Origin: Gracilinanus agilis | Lineage: Eukaryota | DNA: 51,550 nt | Direction: 5' to 3' | NCBI RefSeq assembly: GCF_016433145.1 | Contig: NC_058131.1 | Span: 30,037,315 to 30,088,864 of the forward strand | Shown: positions 11,330-22,775 of the stretch, piece after piece | Layout of the letters: each line of letters opens with the position of its first letter | Numbering within the stretch: the first letter of the stretch is position 1 | Translations under genes and position numbers: made by a program | Notes under the pieces: model-generated | What the model was told of the DNA's origin: nothing | The model's input: only the letters and a program-made list of their open reading frames with translations | The model's database searches: none

Positions 11330-11850
11330 ACTATCTCTCCTCCTTGCCAAAGCAAACCTGTCTGTCTATCTGTATTCTTGCATCTTCTCTTTTCCCATCA
11401 TCTCAAAAACACTGACCCTTGTTTAATCTCCATGCCCTAATATTCAAGTTCTCCCCTTGTATTGACTCCTCTGCTGCCTACAAACACACTCACGCTTCCT
11501 CTATCCTGAAAAAACCCTCAGTAGATCTTATTTACTCCCTGTTGCCTTTCATCTTCTATCTCTCCTCCTCTCCTCAGCTAAGATCTTTTAAAAAGCCATC
11601 TACACTGGCTGCTTCCACCTTGTCTCCTGATTACTCTTTTATGTCCTCTGCAATTAAGTTTCCAACTTTATCACCCCATTTGAAATTATTCTCTCCAAAG
11701 TCATCAATGATTTTTCAACTGCCAAAACAAGTGCCTTCTCTCAGTCCTCATCTTCCTTGACTTCTCAGCACCCAATAACTTATCTACCTTCTCCTAAATA
11801 TTCTCCTCTAGTTTTCTGAGACACTGCTGTCTCCTGGTTCTCCTCCTATC
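11330..11850 (+). mobile_element. L2 ORF2 reverse-transcriptase fragment (degenerate)
   Basis: TCCAAAGTCATCAATGAT...TCAGTCCTCATCTTCCTTGACTTCTCAGCA gives SKVIND / SVLIFLDFSA across a frameshift, matching the L2 RT motif (KVTNDLL..SVLILLDLSAAFD). This explains ORF 11419-11760. Confidence 0.8.
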
Positions 11851-12295
11851 CACACTCCCAGGAGCATGATGACAAGAAGTCATCAATGAAAATTACCCTT
11901 GTCTTTTGGAACTAAAACCCTGAGTACCAGCACCAGAGGATGCCCAGAGAGACCTAATGGTCACTTATTGGCCAGTCTGATTCTTTAAGAAAAGAGGACA
12001 TGAGCTCCTGCAACTCTTACACTTACACTTTAGCTCCTGCTAAAGCTAGGCTCAGTCAATATCCTTCCTTACATTTTTTTCTCTTAATGTCCTGATAAAA
12101 ACACCCTGGGAAAGAATATATAGATTTTTTTTTTCTTCCTAGCTGTGTGCCCCTAGGCAAGTCACTTAACCCCTATTGCCTAAACCTTATTGATCTCCTT
12201 GGAACTAATACACAATACTGATTCTAAGACAGAAGGTAAGGATTTAGAGTGGGGAAAGTATGGATTTTTTTGTCTCACCTCTTTACTCATTGGTA

Positions 12296-12433
12296 NNNNN
12301 NNNNNNNNNNNNNNNNNNNNNNNNNNNNNNNNNNNNNNNNNNNNNNNNNNNNNNNNNNNNNNNNNNNNNNNNNNNNNNNNNNNNNNNNNNNNNNNNNNNN
12401 NNNNNNNNNNNNNNNNNNNNNNNNNNNNNNNNN
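12296..12433. other. Assembly gap (138 N)
   Basis: Run of N. Confidence 1.
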
Positions 12434-12769
12434 CATACCAGGCCTTGAGTGCTGTCCCATTAAGGTGCCAACCCTCTGAAGCTGTGGCCCCTTGAGAGGC
12501 TAACAGGCTAATTTTGCAAAATGCAAAGTGCATTCTTGACTTCTATTGTATATAATATATACTTGGAAATTTGTGTGTTGAGTTTTGAATCTTTGTAGCA
12601 CTTCAGATAATGTTGCATTTGTACTTTTGTTGTTTAGAATGGAAGAAAATCAAATGAAATTAAATGTCTAAGGTTGACAAAAAAAAAAAAAAAGAGGCCC
12701 AACTACTGTCAGCATTCTAGTACTAAAGAGCCAGAGAGGGAACCACACAAGACTTGGCAGCTTCTACTA

Positions 12770-13040
12770 AAAATAAGAGAAGATCTTGAAAGGCAAAAGA
12801 GACAGTTTACAGCCAAGAATAACTAATCCTGAAAAGCTGAGTATAATCCCACAGGGGGAGGGGGAGAATAGACTTTTAATGGTACAGGGGATTTTCAAGC
12901 ATTTCTGATAAAAAGACAAAAACTGAGCAGAAATTTGATATACAAATACAAGAATCCAGAGAAACATGGGGAACTTTCTAGGAGCAACTAAAAGGAGCTT
13001 ATATATGATGATGCAGTGGTTATATTCTAATAGGAGGAGA
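12770..13040 (+). mobile_element. L1 ORF1 C-terminal fragment
   Basis: TTACAGCCAAGAATAACTAATCCTGAAAAGCTGAGTATAATC gives LQPRITNPEKLSII (L1 ORF1 LQPRITYPAKLSII), followed by DFQAFLIKRQKLSRNLI-like sequence. Confidence 0.82.
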
Positions 13041-13361
13041 AGAAACTAGTGTTTCCTCAGAACTTTAATGAAATTTTTACAAGGACAAAACAACTTTGGA
13101 AGATTAAAGAACTCTGAAATCAATGCAATAACCAACCATATCTTCAGTGGGCTTAGGATGGAACTCATTAGTACCACTTCCTGCCACAGCAATGAGGGAG
13201 TCAAGGTGTAGAAAAAGTTTATACACTTTTCAACATGTTTACTGGCAAATGAACAAACATTTACTAGATACCCACTATATGCCATGCAATGTACTAATGC
13301 ACTTTGTGGATTTTTTTTTTTGCTTGACTACGCTTATTTATTAAAAGTATTTTCTCAATTT

Positions 13362-14093
13362 TCTAATGAGAAGGGTAATGAGAGAAATAAGGGGAATTCG
13401 GACAGCAAGTGCTTAATTGTGGGAATTGAGTGAACCACAATGACTTCATTTTGTGACTCAATTTAGAGCTAGCTTAGTTTCTATCCGATTATGGGTCTAG
13501 TCCAATTTCTGCCTTGTGAGAAAACTTTGTTCACTTGTGGGAACTGAAAGAAAACCTTATTGCATTGTTTGACCCTAGCCCTGCGTGCCTGGAGACTGGA
13601 CCACCTCTTTCTGCTGCTTAGAGACCCTTAACTAAGGACTGAGGTGATGCTGACCAGAAACCCAGTCAGATCTGAAGATTGATGCAAGGAATTTTCTCAC
13701 AATTATATATCTCAAGCAACCCATATGTCTCTTCTGGCCCTGTACTGAAGCAGTTCATGTATCACATTCCTCTGACTGAATATAGACACTTGGGGGAAGT
13801 GGGGCACTTTTTCTGAATTCAGAGAATTGTACCTGCTTACTCTCTCCCTCCCAACTTGGAAAGTCCCTAATCTTTCCTCCAATTAGAAATCAAATTATCT
13901 AATGTATTGTTTCCTTTTTAATTAATTGGCTTTGAGTAATTGTTTTAAATGTATAAGTCTGTCTATTCTTGTCTTTAGGGTCTAGTCCTAAACTGAGGAA
14001 TAGGTCTGGTCCCAATTTATTAGGCATTTAGCATGCACTGCATAATAAACTGAAATGCTAAGAAGCATGAACCTTGTTTCCTTAGTCATTTCA
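13362..14093 (+). mobile_element. Solo LTR of an endogenous retrovirus (~730 bp)
   Basis: Discrete non-LINE block with a CCAAT-like site (ATTGGC, ~13925), TATAAG (13952-13957), AATAAA (14044-14049) and terminal ...TTTCA at 14093. The 5' TG appears mutated and no clean TSD is visible. Confidence 0.65.
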
Positions 14094-14109
14094 TCTTCCA
14101 CCCACTATA

Positions 14110-14390
14110 GTAGGAAGAGGAGATATTAAAAATACTGATGCTCAAAAATATGAGAGCCTTGAAAAAAAATTTAAAGCCCAGATGAAAACAAAAGAAGTAC
14201 AAACAAGGCAGTTTGGAAAATAACTGTAGAATTTATTTTATATATACATATATATTTTAAATAACATGTAAACTGTAAAATGGAGATTCCTAGTTTCATA
14301 CACAAAGTTCTTTTGGGGGGCTGCTATGAATACGGAAATACTTTTTTGTTGTTCAAATTAAAATTGTTTAATTTAATTTTTTAAAATATT
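14110..14390 (+). mobile_element. L1 3'UTR remnant
   Basis: AT-rich CTGTAAAATGGAGATTCCTAGTTTCATA...GGAAATACTTTTTTGTTG, typical of old marsupial L1 3' ends. Confidence 0.55.
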
Positions 14391-14519
14391 ATTGTGATTG
14401 AGTCTTCTGTGACTTCCAAGTTCTCTTCCAGCTCTACAAGTGTGATAACTATTTAATTAACGACCAAAAAAAGAGACCAAAAACAACCAAACAAACCCCT
14501 GCTTGGCATTGGAATGAAG

Positions 14520-15190
14520 TACATGCATTAAAGTTCAAATTAAAGGAGGATTCTCCATAAATGATGAAGTAGATTCATTATATATTCCAACTGCATGTGA
14601 CATTCTGCCAATTGAATCAAGCTTCATAACACTATTAGCATTCCAAATGCAAGCTTCAAGTACTCATATGAGTGTGGCCTGACAATCCAAACAGGGAAAA
14701 CCAAATGGACTATGGTTCTACGTTCCAACTTTGTCCATAATGTCCACCCATGCAGATGGCTGAAACCCACTGGAACGGATTCCACTAGCACACGGACTTT
14801 TGACAGATGCAAGAGATGGACAGTGGGCTGGGCTCAAAATTAATTAGGAAGAAGAGAGTAGATTGAGTTGTACTGGAAAACTCGATGAACCCATTTCATC
14901 TCCCTGAAATGAAATCTCATCTTTCAACACTAATATTTTTCTGTTGATGATACTTAGCAACAAGTCATAGAATACTACAATCTCCAAAGCATCAAAATTG
15001 TAAATTAGCCAAAAGGCAACAAACAGAAATATGGCCGTTCTATTAGGTTATTACCAAAAATGAACTATGTTCAAGAAACTGGAAAAAAAAATCACCAAAG
15101 ATATGTATAGACAAAAAAGGTGGACCCATCATACAGAGCAGGGGGTAACAGAATGGCAATCCTCAAGCTCCAATAGTACCCAGTGGCTCA
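14520..15190 (+). mobile_element. RTE-clade LINE reverse-transcriptase fragment (degenerate)
   Basis: Frames give VQIKGGFSINDEV..., YECGLTIQTGKTKW and MDSGLGSKLIRKKRV, matching RTE RT motifs (GLTIHTGKTKWM; MDNELGPELNRRKRAGW; HLFNTNILP.MLYG.ESW). Confidence 0.75.
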
Positions 15191-15574
15191 AGATGGAGCT
15201 GAATTTTATATAGTACAGCACAACTGCAAAATGCTTTATATTATCTTATTTGAACCTCATTGCAATTCTAAGAAGCAGATAAATAAATAAAGGCTGAGAT
15301 ATCTAAGAGAGAGGTAAAAACGTGCAGAGAAAGATGTTTCTATAACTAAAGCTTTCATAACTGAAATGATAATGTTGGCCTCATCCCACAGAAATCCAGA
15401 TGGTAGGAATTTGATGTAAAGTAGATGAATCAGAAGGAATTCTGAAATTCAAAGATTAAATTGAACCAAGCAATTAGATTCAGCAATATCTGATAAAACA
15501 TGGAGTATTTCCTACTTAGCTCCCATGTAAATAAAGTTAAAAGAGGGTTAAATATTCATAATAATATTAACATT

Positions 15575-15790
15575 CCTTTATCATTTAAAAAGTGCCTTAC
15601 ATATATTGTCTCACTTGAGCCTCACAATAATCCAGCGATACTTCCCAAGAAGTATAGTTTTTTATTCCCATTTTACAGATGAGAACTCAGAGAGCTTAAC
15701 TGACTTTCCCATTGTCAAACTGATGGTAAATGTCAGGGCTGGCATCTCACCTCGATAGTTTTTGAGAACAAGTCCAATATCCCACCTAAT
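15575..15790 (-). mobile_element. MIR
   Basis: CTTGAGCCTCACAATAATCC...TATTCCCATTTTACAGATGAGAAC reversed CORE. Confidence 0.8.
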
Positions 15791-16405
15791 AACCCCACTG
15801 CTGCTGCTTTTGTCTAAAACCTTAGCAAGTTTTAAACAGAATGGAATAAGATCAGTGAGAATGTCAAGCCCTGCCTTACAGTAATGGGCAAGTTCTTTCC
15901 ATAGGGCTTTGACTAAGGTTCTAGAAAACGGGTTCTTCCCCCAAATGCCAAGGCAGGCAGTTTTTTGTACATAAGACGCCTCCCAAGGGATAGGATGAAC
16001 GGCCTCCCTGTCATGACTGCGAACAGAAAGGACCCAAAGATGGTTAGCAGGAAAGGCTTCTGCAGCAGTCGTAGCCTTCGCTGCGCATCTAAGAAAAGAC
16101 TCCCCACACGCAGACCAGGAAAGAGTGAATGACGCATTCTCTTTTCAAAAGTCACACACGAAGAGGGAGGGAAGAGAGAAACGGAGGAAGTACTCTCTCT
16201 CCAAAAGAACAATTCCTCTAGCTAAGAAGTGGTCACTACTTACACACTCACACACACACTTACACCCGTGGCAGTTAGCTCCACTTTGGTGCTGAGGGAG
16301 TTGGCACAAAGACTCCAAGTGACTCATCCAAAGATGGCAGAGAGGACCAGATAGCCGGACTAATGTGATGAAGAGAGGGGGCATAACTGGTTTGCAGAAT
16401 TCTTC

Positions 16406-17552
16406 TGTCAGTTAAGGAGTTTAGAATCTTGGGAAGAAGGACAGTTGGTCCTGGGAACTCGTGGAGAGAACCAGGGTCCCTGAGCTCCTTCTTTAAATTG
16501 AAACCTGGCCTATATTTTGTAGCTTTTCTTTTAACATTTGTTAGTTTAGCTAATTCCTTTGAATCTCACTACCCTACCTTATTCCCACCTTCATTTCCCC
16601 TACCTGAATGTCTGAGAAGATTGGAAAGGAGAGTAGATCTGAGAGTTAGTTCAAATCTGTGATAGTTTAGTGAAATAGGGCTTACCCTTGTTACAAATTT
16701 ACCTTATTGAGTCGTTGTATCCAGCTTTCCTATCCTTTTGGCTACAAACCCTCTTGGGCTGAAGTAGGCTGGTTCCTACTGAGTCCCACTTTCCTGCCTC
16801 CCTTTCCCCCACCTGAAGTTTCTCTAAGCAGCTGTTAGGGCTACCTTGTATCCTCTACCCGGCCAATCTACTATAGAAGACAATAAATCCAGTTTGTCTT
16901 TAATCAAAACCTTTTGGCTACTTCATTAGTTGATTAATAAGAGAGGGAGGAGGAGAGAGAGGAATAACATTCTCTCTGGAGTTTGAGGGAAGCAGAAGGT
17001 ATCCATTTTGAAGGAAGTGAAACTTCAATACTTCCTCTAGTTCCTGCCTGTGAAACTGACTAGAAGCCTCAAGTCAATTTCAAGCTGTTCTTAGCTGGCT
17101 CTAACCTGGCTCTGTAAAGTGTCCTTTACTTGAAGGGCTCAGTCTGTTTCCCTTCAGTGTTTTGTCTCTAACCTGAGTATCCAGTCTGTGTTTCCTGCTG
17201 CTGTTGCCTGCCTTAGATTAACTCATCCTCTCCCTTGTAACTCTTGGTACCTCAGTGTTTATATTCCCTAAACTCAGACATTCCCTTATTTCTCCTACCA
17301 CCTCAACTACCAACCTTCACTATTGTACCTTCCTCATCCACTATATTGCCTGAGGGATTCACAAACCCCTGTCCACAGTGCCTATCCTTTATTCCAACCA
17401 GCTACTACCTATAGCCTAGTCCCTTGATTACCTCCAGCCTTGGGTCCCTTGCCTTGCCTTATTCCCTATTCCTACCAGCTATTACCCCTAGCTTCAGTCC
17501 CATATTACATCCTGCAGATTCCCTTATTACATCCTAAAATCCACTTATAACA
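16406..17552. mobile_element. LTR-derived sequence, probably composite (two LTR pieces)
   Basis: Starts TGTCAG and ends ...TTATAACA. An internal TG...CA segment (~16658-16970) has its own AATAAA (~16882). Internal short duplications (TTACATCCT x2, CCAGCTA(C/T)TACC x2). No matching TSD seen. Confidence 0.55.
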
Positions 17553-17811
17553 CTAAGAACCCAGGAAGAAAGCGGAGGGGATTTCATCCACAAACCAAAA
17601 AAAACCTCAGGGGATCCATTCAGTCTCTGACCGCCAGTGGGCCTTCCAATCCCCTCTGATTGGGGCCTGATGCTGCCCTAGAGTCAGTGAGCTTCTTTTC
17701 CTAAATGCACAGTTTGGGCACAACAAGGGCAGCCAGGCTCCAAAATCTCTTCATTCTTCTTTTTGTGTGTGTGTGTCTGTGTAAGGGGGATTATTATTTC
17801 TTAAATTTTGT

Positions 17812-17997
17812 TTTTTCCTAAACCCTTACCTTGTCTCTTAGTATCAATACTAAATACTGGTTCCAAGGTAGAAGAACGGTAAGGGCTAGGCAGCTGCGGG
17901 TAAGTGACTTGCCCAAGGTCACAGAGCTAGGGCATGTCTGAGGCCAGATTTGAACCCAGGACCTTCCATCTCTAGGCCTGAGCCACTCAGCTGCCCC
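17812..17997 (-). mobile_element. SINE1_Mdo-like SINE
   Basis: Reversed body AAACCCTTACCTT...GAGGCCAGATTTGAACCCAGG...CAGCTGCCCC. Confidence 0.88.
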
Positions 17998-19739
17998 TTT
18001 CAGTTTTTTACATTCATAAAGTCAAGCTAAAGGGAGGCAAGAAAAGCAACACAAGAGTGTTTCTGGGGCACTTCCATCAGGAAGGCTGGCATGCCTGTCA
18101 AGTCTGAGAAGACTCACATGGGATGACTTGATTTGTCCAGAACTCAACCTTCCCAGGGGCCTGCAAGTCAAGAAATCCAAACGATCTTTCATGTGGGAAA
18201 AGTAGGGTGAAGTCGGGGGTGAAAAATGTCCATAACCGCCCCAAGAGCTGCACTTATTCCATGTGTTTAGACGGTATCTTTTCGCCTTCAAAGACGGTGA
18301 CGTCTTCCCCGAGGATTCTCCCCCCAATTCCCCAGATCCCCTCGGGCTCTCCGGCTTTTATCACAGCAGAAAAGGCTCCTCAAGAAAGTGGTGAACTCCC
18401 CAGAGAACAGGGCCAGCTCATACGCAGTACTGGAGGAGGACGAGGAGGAGGAAGAGGGGAGAAAATGAACCGTGTGGCTCCTAAAGGGACTCGGCCTGAA
18501 GAGTGCCAGCCTAGCTGGTCGTCCTCAGGCCAGCGCAGCCCTGACAGAGGCCGCCTTCTTGCCGGGCCCTTCCCCTCTGCAGGTTTAGACAGGCTAGGCC
18601 AGGCCCTGCAGGAGGTGCCATTCGGGCTTCTCTCTCAGGATGGAGCCAGGCCAAGCCTCGGGCTCTCCTGGGACCTGGGCTCCTCAGGGCTCCTCCAGGC
18701 TCCTCAGGGCAGGCCATCGAGCTTAAGGGGAGTCTGGCTCAGGCTCCCATGTGGCCAGGAAGCCAGGGCTTCGGGAGGGCCCCATCGGGGAGGCAGCCCA
18801 GCATGACGGGCCTCCACTGATGGTCCTCCCGAGAGGCACCACAGGGCACAGCCACGGGGTTGGGGAGAAGCCCCAGCGCATGGCTTACAGGGCTGGAGCC
18901 CTCCCTCCGCCAGCACCAGCAGGGAAGCCAGCCCCAGGCAGGAGCTCCAAACCAGAGTCCTCGGGAAGGGCGAGCCTGGCCGGGAGCTGGACAAGCAAAG
19001 GACAGCCTCTCCTTGGCAGTGAGGAGCTCACACCTGGGGACCAACCGTGCCATCCCCAGGGCCTAGCATGCCCCCCCCCAAGGCCAAGCATGTCCCCCCC
19101 TGAGGGCCAAGTGTGCCCAGGCCAGGGGAGAGACCATCCAGCGGCTCTGGCCAGAAAGCCGAGTGCGTGAAACGAGAGCAGAAGGTTCAAGGGGGCTGTG
19201 AAGGACTCCCCATCCAACAGAAGCATTTGGATTTGACCCCAGAGGCCAGAAGAGGCAGGGAGAGGCCGGGGCGTCAGACAGCTACCGTGTCCACACACCC
19301 TGGCCTTCTGTCTCGGCGTCCACACTGGCAGAAGAGCAAGCCATGAGGCGAGGGCCGGTCATCGCTGTGATTTGAGGACACGCCAACAAAGGATACCATC
19401 AGTGAAACAGGAGCGGGTTTGGGCTCGTTCTAGCCGAGCATTCAGGGTCCCAATCCAGGGCTCGGCCTCGCCGTCCGCCTCGACCTCCAGCCTCCCCGGG
19501 CCTCGGTTGCGGGTGGCTCTTTTTGTCGCTGTCCCCAGTGGTTCTGGTCCTTGTCTAAAGCTGTCCACTGCTCTGAGGGGCTTCGGAAGGTCTCTCACAG
19601 GGCTCGGGGTCTTTTGGTCTTAACCCGAAGTCTGCCTTTATTGGGGGACTTGGCCTTCTCATAATAAACCTAATGCCTGGCTCGGAGACTCAGTGGATCT
19701 AAATGGCATCCTGTGGTCAGAAATTACACAACAGGGCGA

Positions 19740-19860
19740 GGTAATGAGGGTTGAGTGACTTGTCCAGGGTCACCCAGAGAGGCCGCGTCTCAGGCAGAAT
19801 TTGAACCCGGAACCTCCATCTCCAGGCCCAATTCTTGGCCTACTGAGCTGCCTGGCTGTT
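19740..19860 (-). mobile_element. SINE/MIR 5' half
   Basis: GAGTGACTTGTCCAGGGTCACCCAG...GCAGAATTTGAACCCGG. Confidence 0.7.
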
Positions 19861-21069
19861 CCCACTCCCCAATTTCTTCCATCACTCAATTGTCACACAC
19901 TACAATCCCCAGGAACATGAGTCGCCATCCTGACCAGCTTTTTCTGGACACTCTCCAGCTTACTCACATCCGTCCACACCGCGGACCCACAGAAGTGACC
20001 GCGCTCAGCCCCAGGCACATCTCTTAATGAGGCCTGAGATTCCTTTTGCGTCTGCCGAACCCCAAACCCTTTCCGGATGGATCCCAGCGTGGCTGCCCGT
20101 CCCGGTGACAGCGCCCCCTCCCTCGTGCTGCGTGGGTGCCCGGCGGCATTAGCGCTGCACTCTCCAGCCACACGCCTTACCCGGGGTTCCTGGGTTCCCC
20201 TCAAACCCATGAGTAACACGCCAGGCTCGTACCAACGAGGCCGAGAGACTTAGGAAAGTGCTCCTGCCTCCTGCCCATCATCCCCCAACCAGAAAGGAGT
20301 TTTTAGCTTTCATTCCACAAATCTCGTTGTGCCCACTACGTGGAAAGAATTGGGATTACCCGCCCCCCTGGCCAGCTCACATGGAACACTAAAAGCTAAC
20401 CTAAAAAGAGAGAAAAGAGACCTCCTGAGGAAACATTAGAACTTTTACTATCACATTCTGCATTCATCCTTCAGAGAAGAAAATAATAAAATATCTTTTT
20501 CCTGTGTGGAAGTATGTGAAAAAACGGGGGGAAGAGTGGTCAGAAAACACTCTCTGAATCCAGCAATAAAACACAGGATATATAAAAATAGGCCCTAACC
20601 CACTTAGGAAAATCAACAATTCAGTTCCATTTCCTAGAGCAAATAGTAAATTCACTGCCTCTGGCCCTGGACAAGGTCGGAGTGAGAGTTCAGGTTTCAA
20701 AGCTCAGAAGAAAAGCCGCTGAGACCAACTGCAGTGACATACCCAGTGACAAGCACACAGAACCCATCAGGACTTCCCTGCATTGAAGACCCGCGTCTCG
20801 GCCAACAGAAAAGAGTCTGTTCAGAAGCTGGGAATCTCCAGGCACCTGGGAATCCCTTCCCCTCCCTGTTTAAAAAATGCTTACACTTGAAGAATTCATC
20901 TCCACTAAACGTGATAAGAAAACAAACACGACTTAATGTTCATTCAATAGAAAAAGAGGGAACCCCTTCTATTAAACATCCTGAGACCACGTTCTGGTTT
21001 TGTGTGGTGAAGAAACACCGTGGGCACCTGGAGGGGACACGAGACTCGCTTTCATGGAGGTTTATCAAA

Positions 21070-21311
21070 ATACCAACTTGCAGAGAAAGAACTGTGGGAG
21101 CAGAAATGCAGAAGAAGAGAGGACCGAGCGCACGCTCCGATGGAGATAGGGTTGGGGTTATGGCGTTAAAAGATCCGCCGCAGACAGGAATGACGTGGAA
21201 AGAGCTTTGGAACAAGGACACATGGAGAACCCAGTGCAACTGCTGGTCAGCTTCAGGAGGGGGAAGGGAAAAATCATGAATCATGGAACATGGAAAAATA
21301 TTCTAAATGAA
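21070..21311 (+). mobile_element. L1 3'UTR end running into the gap
   Basis: GCAGAGAAAGAACTGTGGGAGCAGAAATGCAGAAG...CAAGGACACATG...CCATGG-like/AAAAATATTCTAAAT matches an opossum-type L1 3' terminus. This explains the C-terminal half of ORF 20734-21279. Confidence 0.78.
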
Positions 21312-21448
21312 NNNNNNNNNNNNNNNNNNNNNNNNNNNNNNNNNNNNNNNNNNNNNNNNNNNNNNNNNNNNNNNNNNNNNNNNNNNNNNNNNNNNNNNNN
21401 NNNNNNNNNNNNNNNNNNNNNNNNNNNNNNNNNNNNNNNNNNNNNNNN
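21312..21448. other. Assembly gap (137 N)
   Basis: Run of N. Confidence 1.
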
Positions 21449-21699
21449 CTAAAGATAGGCTCATGACTCATTTTAGCTCCAAAAATAGAAATCTGGTAAC
21501 GGTTTTGTCAAATTGAACTAAGAATATGCAGCAAGTCCTAACTAATTTGGACTTCATTCATTAAAAATTGGTTAAAGTTACTTTTATGCTATAAAGGGGT
21601 CTTTAAATATGTGAATGATATAAGAGGCACTGTGTGGAGTTGAGTATTAAGAGGACCTGTGTTCAAATCCCACTTCTACTTTTACTACCCATGTGGCCT

Positions 21700-21900
21700 T
21701 GGACAGGTCCTGACCTCTCCCCTTTTCTCTCTTCCCTCCCCCTCCTCTCTCTCTGTCCCTTTCCCTGTCCCTCTTTCCCCTTCCTCCCCCTTCCCTCCTC
21801 TCTCTCTCTTTCTTTAAACCCTTGCCTTCTCTTTAGGATTGATACTAAGCAAGAAGAGCTGAATGGGCTAGATTTGAACCCAGGACCTCCCATCTCTAGG
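21700..21900 (-). repeat. CT-rich low-complexity tract plus SINE1 fragment
   Basis: Polypyrimidine run 21715-21815 followed by TTTAAACCCTTGCCTTC...GATTTGAACCCAGGACCTCCCATCTCTAGG. Confidence 0.75.
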
Positions 21901-22574
21901 TAAGGTCTTAGGTAAAAGTGACTCCTGCGGTGCCTTCCAGTTCTATGATCCTGAGATCAGTGTATAACCATTTTTAAGTCATTTAAGAGTCCCCTATCTT
22001 AAAAATAATTCTCATCTATTCACCAAGGCAAGGTCAGGGACTTCTACTGGGCAATTAACTTAGTACTAATGAGTTAATTTGCTTGGAAGCAATCAAACAA
22101 TTTCTAGAAAGCCGTTCTCCCTCAGACTTTTCCTCAAGAAGTGGACCATGCAGCCCTCTGGCAGTTCCCAGGTAGGAGGCACGAGGCCCGTGAAATGGGG
22201 CCCCGCTTCCTCCGCCCTCGCCCAGAAGGGCTGTGGGGCTCCCTACACACCTAGTGCCTAGGAGATGGCCTCCAGGTCTCCCGGAACAAAAAAGTCATCC
22301 CCGCCTAGCCCAACACCACCAAATGGAAGAACTTAAATTTAAGGCCCAAAAACCTATGCTGAGACGCGGCCCTCGTCCTCTTCGATCCCTTTGCGCCGTC
22401 TCCGGACACTTGGGATGCTCAGCTTTGTTTCTAAATGACAACCCACGACTACACTTCCTTCAGACGGACAGCCCCAAAGGCTCAAAACAAAGCTGGTGCT
22501 TTGTGTTTTTTATTTAAAAGAATTTAAATCAGTAAGATTCCAAGTGAGATCTCCGTTAGCCCAACACCAGACAC

Positions 22575-22775
22575 AGGGGCGGCGAGGCAGCCCTGTGGAT
22601 ACGGTGCCAGGCCTAGAGACAGGAGGACCTGGTGTGACCCTCATCCTCATCTCTGAACTAGGACACTTCCTAGCTAGGTGACCCTGGACAAGTCATTTAG
22701 CCCCAACTGCCTCAGTTTTCCCTCTCTTCTGTCTTGGAATTCCAAGGCAGAAGGTAAGACATTAGGAGGCACAGA
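22575..22775 (+). mobile_element. SINE1-like, diverged
   Basis: CCAGGCCTAGAGACAGGAGGACCTGG...CTAGCTAGGTGACCCTGGACAAGTCA...GCAGAAGGTAAG. Confidence 0.75.

Noticed and set aside
18207-19325. Several 100-199 aa overlapping ORFs
   Set aside because: Stop-poor GC-rich DNA, non-ATG starts, no domains and no exon structure.
20734-21279. 181-aa ORF
   Set aside because: GTG start; the second half is L1 3'UTR.
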